Shown piece by piece: positions 58,705 to 64,000 of a stretch of 64,000 nucleotides of DNA; position 1 is the first letter of the stretch; each line of letters starts with the position of its first letter. The stretch is from Paraphysomonas bandaiensis (Eukaryota > Protista > Chrysophyceae): NCBI GenBank assembly GCA_965644295.1, contig CBFFRP010000145.1, positions 1 through 64,000 of the forward strand. The letters run 5' to 3'. The translations under genes were made by a program, and so were the position numbers. The notes under the pieces were generated by a model. It saw only the letters and a program-made list of their open reading frames with translations. It was not told the DNA's origin and made no database searches.

Positions 58705-61700
58705 ATGCCTTCCAAGGAAGTGGATGTATATGCTCCTGTTGCCGCTCTGAGCAGCTTCTTGTGGATGGTTCAGACCAGAGGATGTCAGCAGAAGAAAAAA
58801 AGACAAGCGGCTATGCTCAAATGGTTCAATAAGTTACCCGTTGATGAGCAAGCGATGTTGCAACGGGCTGATTCTTCATTGAAGATCACTCGTGAGGTAG
58901 GCGCGTTAATCCAACACTTGTTAATGTCGGACCCTGGAACATTTGAGAAACCTTGTTATTTGTGTTGGGAAACGTGCCGAAGTGGTCGCACGGTGAAAAG
59001 ATGTACCAGGTCGAATGTGGAATTATTACATTATCGCACATGTGTAGACACTGAGAAGGCTCTGCTTTCTGGTACAAGAATTGTTTGGGATGGCATGACT
59101 GCTATAGATATTTCATTCGATGGTATTGATGTTCTTTCTACAGTAATGGCCCTCAGTGAGGGTATGTGCTTTACAGTAGAGCCGTCAGAAGGCACCGATG
59201 TCGACGGTATCATGTGGTTACGCTGCCAAGGATGCTTTACTCTAGGTCAACTGCTTGCCGCCATGATGGAATGGCACTTATGGAAATACTGGCGATCAAG
59301 ACGTAATGTTTCAGGCATTTCCTCGGTCTTACATCCAAAAGTGCAGTCTATGAGAGCATCTCTAGTAGCCGCATTAGCCAATTTTGAAAACATGAGGTCT
59401 GTTCATAGCGTGGTGGACAAACATGCCAAAAGTGTGATTAATAGCCTATTGTTTCCTTCATCTAAAGCTAATGACCGTGTGTCTCTTTATATCACAATAA
59501 TGAAACAACGCCTTGCAAGGGGCTGGTACGTGAATGATATAACGTCGCCCTTAGCACTGACACTAGCACATTTGAAGAAGCTGTGGACCCTCTGCTACTT
59601 CTACTCACGTATGCAGCACTCACTGATTCCTCCGTTTCACACTCCTGCTCGTTCGAAAACTCAGTTTACTACATATCATCTAATCACATCACTTTTGTCT
59701 ATACCATTGTTAGAATCGTTCACGATCCTTCACGACGCACGCATGCAGATCCGAGACTCCATTATTGCGGAGTATCACTCTGCGATACTGTGCGTTAGTG
59801 CTGGGAGCGTTAACTGTAATACTAGTGGTAGTTCTCCTCCGAAAAAACAACCGAAGAAATCAAAGAAAAAGAAATCGAAAACTAAATCGAAAGCTCGTAA
59901 CCCTGTTAGTCCACTATCAGGCCGAAGTTCACCCAACGATATTGCCTCCTCAAGCTCGGATCAACTATCCGTACCTTGTAAAGCAGTGTTCGCAGAGTCC
60001 GTTGCTCCAAGGGAAGTATCCTCAACGATGATACATTCGACTCAATTGCGGGTTGATGTGGCTCATATTGTAAATGATTTGGTGAAGATTGCATTTGATG
60101 CCATATCGAAGGCACATCCTGAGTTTGGAGATGTGGAGTCTCTGACATCTTCTACAGGTAGCACAAGTATCTCTGCCTCGCATTCACATCCACAACTGCC
60201 ATCTCGAGTTTCCGAGGGAGCACCAATGACATCCGAGCCTATGCTTCCTCGGTGGATGTTGACCGATTTTTGCCATGACGTAGTTGGTGCTGGGCCGTCT
60301 AGTAGTAATTCTGGCGTTCTTCCCTGCCACTCTTCGAGATCTCGATTTAACTCACTTTTCAGTTCCCAGGATGATGTACAGGGCTTGCCCGCGATCGTTA
60401 CAATACGAGAAGAAGAAATAGGGGATACGGATAGCTGTTCCCACACTGTCTTTGATAACTTGATTACATTGGACACAGCGCTTAAACAAGGCACGCCAGT
60501 GACACATTCTGGTAATACCATGCTTGAGGCAGGTATCGATCATAATGATCCATCTAACTGCTTTCAAGGCACAGCGCACCATCCGAAAATTCAACTTATT
60601 GATGAAGTTGGGTGTTCTGACACCGCGGAATACTTGGAGTATTGTGAATCCGTTTCTGATGACACATTGGTGAAGGGGCGGAGCAAATCGGACGACTTCG
60701 TTGGGAGGGCTTCCCATGATGACACAGAGCACCATTCGCCTGATTCAGCCACTTGGGACCGTGCTTTGTTTGAGTTTCCATCCAGTATTCATTGCGAAAA
60801 TGCTGTGAAAAGTGGTAAGCCTATTCAGAACATTGAGACTCCTGAGTGCGCCATCCAACTCACCGAAGCAGTACCTCATTCAATGAAAGGTGAAAATATT
60901 GAAGGGGTAGACGCTGACAGCACTGATTCGAGAAATAAGTTTTCGTCTGTGCTCAATATTAGCGGAAGATTGGGTGCAACATATGAGCCTTGTTTTTCTG
61001 ATTCTGTTCGCTCTGCATTAGAGGTACAGGAGAGATCTTTGGCGTCGTCATACTCTACCCCAACCCCGGGGTACACACGTACCGGACGCACAAGACGGCG
61101 GGCTACGAGTGTAAGTATTAGTCGACATCGTCAAAGGTCATTGTCCCCCAGTCGAAATATGATGGAAGACACTTTCGCTCATAAAGCAGTATACCCTCCT
61201 CGGCCCGCGTCATCAGATCGTTACTCATCCCATCGTACCACCATCAGTACACCCGAGGAATCCTGGGGTGGGATAGTTGACAGCGAGCAGTTCGACACCG
61301 ATGGGTTAAGTTTTGGAGATAGCAGTGGGTTCGGAGGAGGAATGGATGATGCTGATAACCTGACAGAATCATGTGATGGAGATAACCAGTACTACGATCG
61401 CGACATTTGTTCTCATGGACAATGGTTCAACGAAGGAGATTTTTATAACCAGGAAAGTGCAACGCTTGCACTGGAATGCGCATGTATGAGATCTCAAGCT
61501 GATAGTGCGGTCCTTCGAAATATTATCGCACTGCAGCGCTCGATTATAATGCATCCTCAAAATGCTGGTGTTGCTAGTCCGAATGCAATGTTTTCTGCAC
61601 CCTCTTATTTCAATCCACACCCTCAGTCATCGCCCATCTTCCCACGAAGCAATATGGCATGGTCGCGAGAACTAGAGGTGTGTGCTCAACAAAAGTTAAT

Positions 61701-63935
61701 TGAGATATGTGTGATCACCCAGTATATTATTTTATCCGCCGAATATGTACGTAATGAGTGTACGTATGGTGCAGGTCATGAGTGACAACGGCGACATGAG
61801 GAGGGGAGGGCGTATTGGTGGAGCTGCTACTGTCTCCTCACTTTACATAAACAAGACAAAACGGCGGAGTTCTGTTGATGATGCAGGTTAGCAAATTCAC
61901 TATGTGGTATATATTAGCGAACTGTTCCCTCATCCTTACCATTCACTATACGTCTGTATGACCTTATTGATTGTGAGTAGCACTTGATAAACCGGACGAA
62001 AAGCAGCCCTTTGTAATGGAGCGTATGACATCTGCCTCAAGATCTTTATCAGAGGCCGGCAGTGCTTTATCCCAGTCAGTTGGTGGTGATATGACTGGTA
62101 CCCATCCACAACCAGTTAGCTGTGTGATTTCTAACGCTACTGCCCAGCCAGGTGTGTACGATACTATTAACTACATTTGTGTATATAACTTTTTTTCAGC
62201 TGTTGGTGATAAATCAGAATCGCTATCGCTTAAAGCAACCGAGTTGTATCCCACTCATGCCCCCATCCGGAAGAGCAGCTCTGGTAGCATTGGTAGATAT
62301 GAGCTGCCACCACGTAGCAGGAATTTTGGATCTAGCGATTCTGGTGTGTATCCCCCGTCATACGCCATCCAAGGCCAATATCCTCGACGAGGACCTGGCT
62401 ACACTGAGGACTACAGTGAGGAAAATGCATCGCTAGACAAGCTGGGGAAGTCCAGCTGTGTACCATCCGAAGATAAAAGAAATACATATGGGCGGGGGTC
62501 CCAAGTCCCGACCGAGTCTGCACTTGATTCCACCACTGGTGAAAGTGTAGGAACGAGCAAATCACTCCCAGAAAATGACACACTTCCAAGATATGAGCCA
62601 GTTGATAAACCGATACGAAGCGGCGATAGCTACGCGTCAGGTTTCATTGTACCGGCGCCACATCCGCGCTGCACGTTGTCGGAGTTTGGAGGAGGACTCT
62701 CATCCTTGTTGACAAAAGAAATCTTATCCTTTGTGGCTAAAATCGACATGTTTGATGCCAAGTGGCACAGGTTAGTGAATTCATTTGTACGGGTATCGAA
62801 ATTTCATTTTGTATTTCAGGTATAAATCACAAGCAATCGAACGAATGCGTCAGGCTGTGCAGAGTTTGTGGCCACGTGCTCAGGTGTGCTATCATGAATC
62901 GGTTGATATATATTTATCCTTTCTTTGTCAAAAAAGAGATCTCAATGAATAATTAATTGTATTGTGGTATAGGTGAAAGCCTTTGGGTCATTTGTATCCG
63001 GCCTTTCTTTGCCCACGAGTGACCTAGATCTCGTCATCTGTCTTCCCAAAGTGCACCGCGAAGCGGGACCAGAGGCAGCGGGTTTTCTTGAGGGCCGAAA
63101 TGCCATCAAAGAAACATGGCAACAGAATTTAGCGAGATGTTTACGCAAGGAGGCTTGGGTAGACGTATCGTCTATTAAAGTTATTACCAATACTGCAGTT
63201 CCTGTTATAAAGCTCAGAACCCTCTCTGAGGCGGGATACTGCGTTCCACTGGATGTTTCTTTCGAAGGCACTATTCACCAAGGCCTAGAAGCGAATAAGA
63301 TGAATGTCTCGTTGATGACAGAGTACCCATCGCTTAGACCGATAGTTCTGGTGCTGAAGCAGTTTTTATCTAAGAGAGGTTTATGTGAAGCATTTACTGG
63401 TGGACTCTCGTCTTATGCTATTCTCCTTATCACCGCACGTTTTTTGCAAGAACAACCGCCAAGTATTCCGTTGGACATCGGTGCGACTTTGTTGGGTGTG
63501 CTCGACTTCTATGGGAATCATCTGCAACCCGCTGTGACCGGTATCAGTGTTGGTAAGCGGTGCTACTTCTCGCGCTGTGATAATGATAACAACTCGACTT
63601 TCTCTCAATGTCCTCCTCTTCCTCCTTTGCCACATACAATGGCTATGTCTGGGGTCACTGCGATGGCACGTCGGCATTCATACAACCACCACATGCACAC
63701 GGCATTTGTGAATGCTGCTGGAACGAATGGGGCTTCGTACAAGCCATATAAGTTCGATCCTTTGTTCATTGAAGACCCATTAGCATATGGAAACAATGTA
63801 GGTAGGAATTGCTTTCGAATACATCAGGTGCAACGTCTCTGGAGCGATGCCTACGGTGCGTTGATAGAGAAAATTTGTATAATGGAGTCTGGGTCGGAAC
63901 CAATAAGTCTTCTGGATATTCTGGTTGGCGATTAG
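58705..63935 (+). CDS. Non-canonical poly(A) polymerase / terminal nucleotidyltransferase (TRF4/PAPD5 family, plant MEE44-like architecture; multi-exon)
   Basis: FGSFVSGLSLPTSDLDLVI (Pol-beta NTase GS...DxD), GFLEGRNAIKET, NTAVPVIKL, LDVSF, LRPIVLVLKQFL..RGL.EAFTGGLSSY and PLFIEDPL..GNNVGRNCFRI, with a long N-terminal extension. Confidence 0.9.
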
Positions 63936-64000
63936 TTGTTACTATGAAGTAGATGTTGTATCATAGCAACATAGCAACAGTATATATAGATATTTTTTAA

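Overview
A gene-dense eukaryotic nuclear window with many short GT-AG introns (mostly ~45-60 nt). Gene content and protein style suggest a flagellated stramenopile, ochrophyte- or chrysophyte-like; this is inference, not proven. From left to right it contains: a giant Pro/Thr/Ser mucin-like ORF, SmD3, a signal-peptide-bearing GT41 (SPINDLY/OGT-like) glycosyltransferase, a membrane-anchored JmjC/cupin-8 oxygenase, ETF-alpha, PRPP synthetase, a DUF924-TilS fusion, DNA polymerase alpha, two small hypotheticals, a beta-propeller protein, a full-length ABCA transporter, an Rsa3-like protein, DNAAF1, an androglobin-like calpain protein and a MEE44/TRF4-like nucleotidyltransferase. Intergenic DNA holds a non-autonomous hAT family (two complete copies with 8-bp TSDs plus fragments), an unclassified ~360-bp repeat in three copies, and four long (TACA/TGTA)n arrays that all lie just upstream of start codons. 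The top lead is the JmjC protein. It keeps both iron-binding His and the 2-oxoglutarate-binding residues but has Ala in place of the facial-triad Asp (H-S-A). That is the signature of Fe(II)/2OG radical halogenases, so it is a candidate eukaryotic membrane-bound lipid chlorinase. A second lead is a promoter architecture of alternating purine-pyrimidine arrays plus a recurrent TACAGCAG motif.
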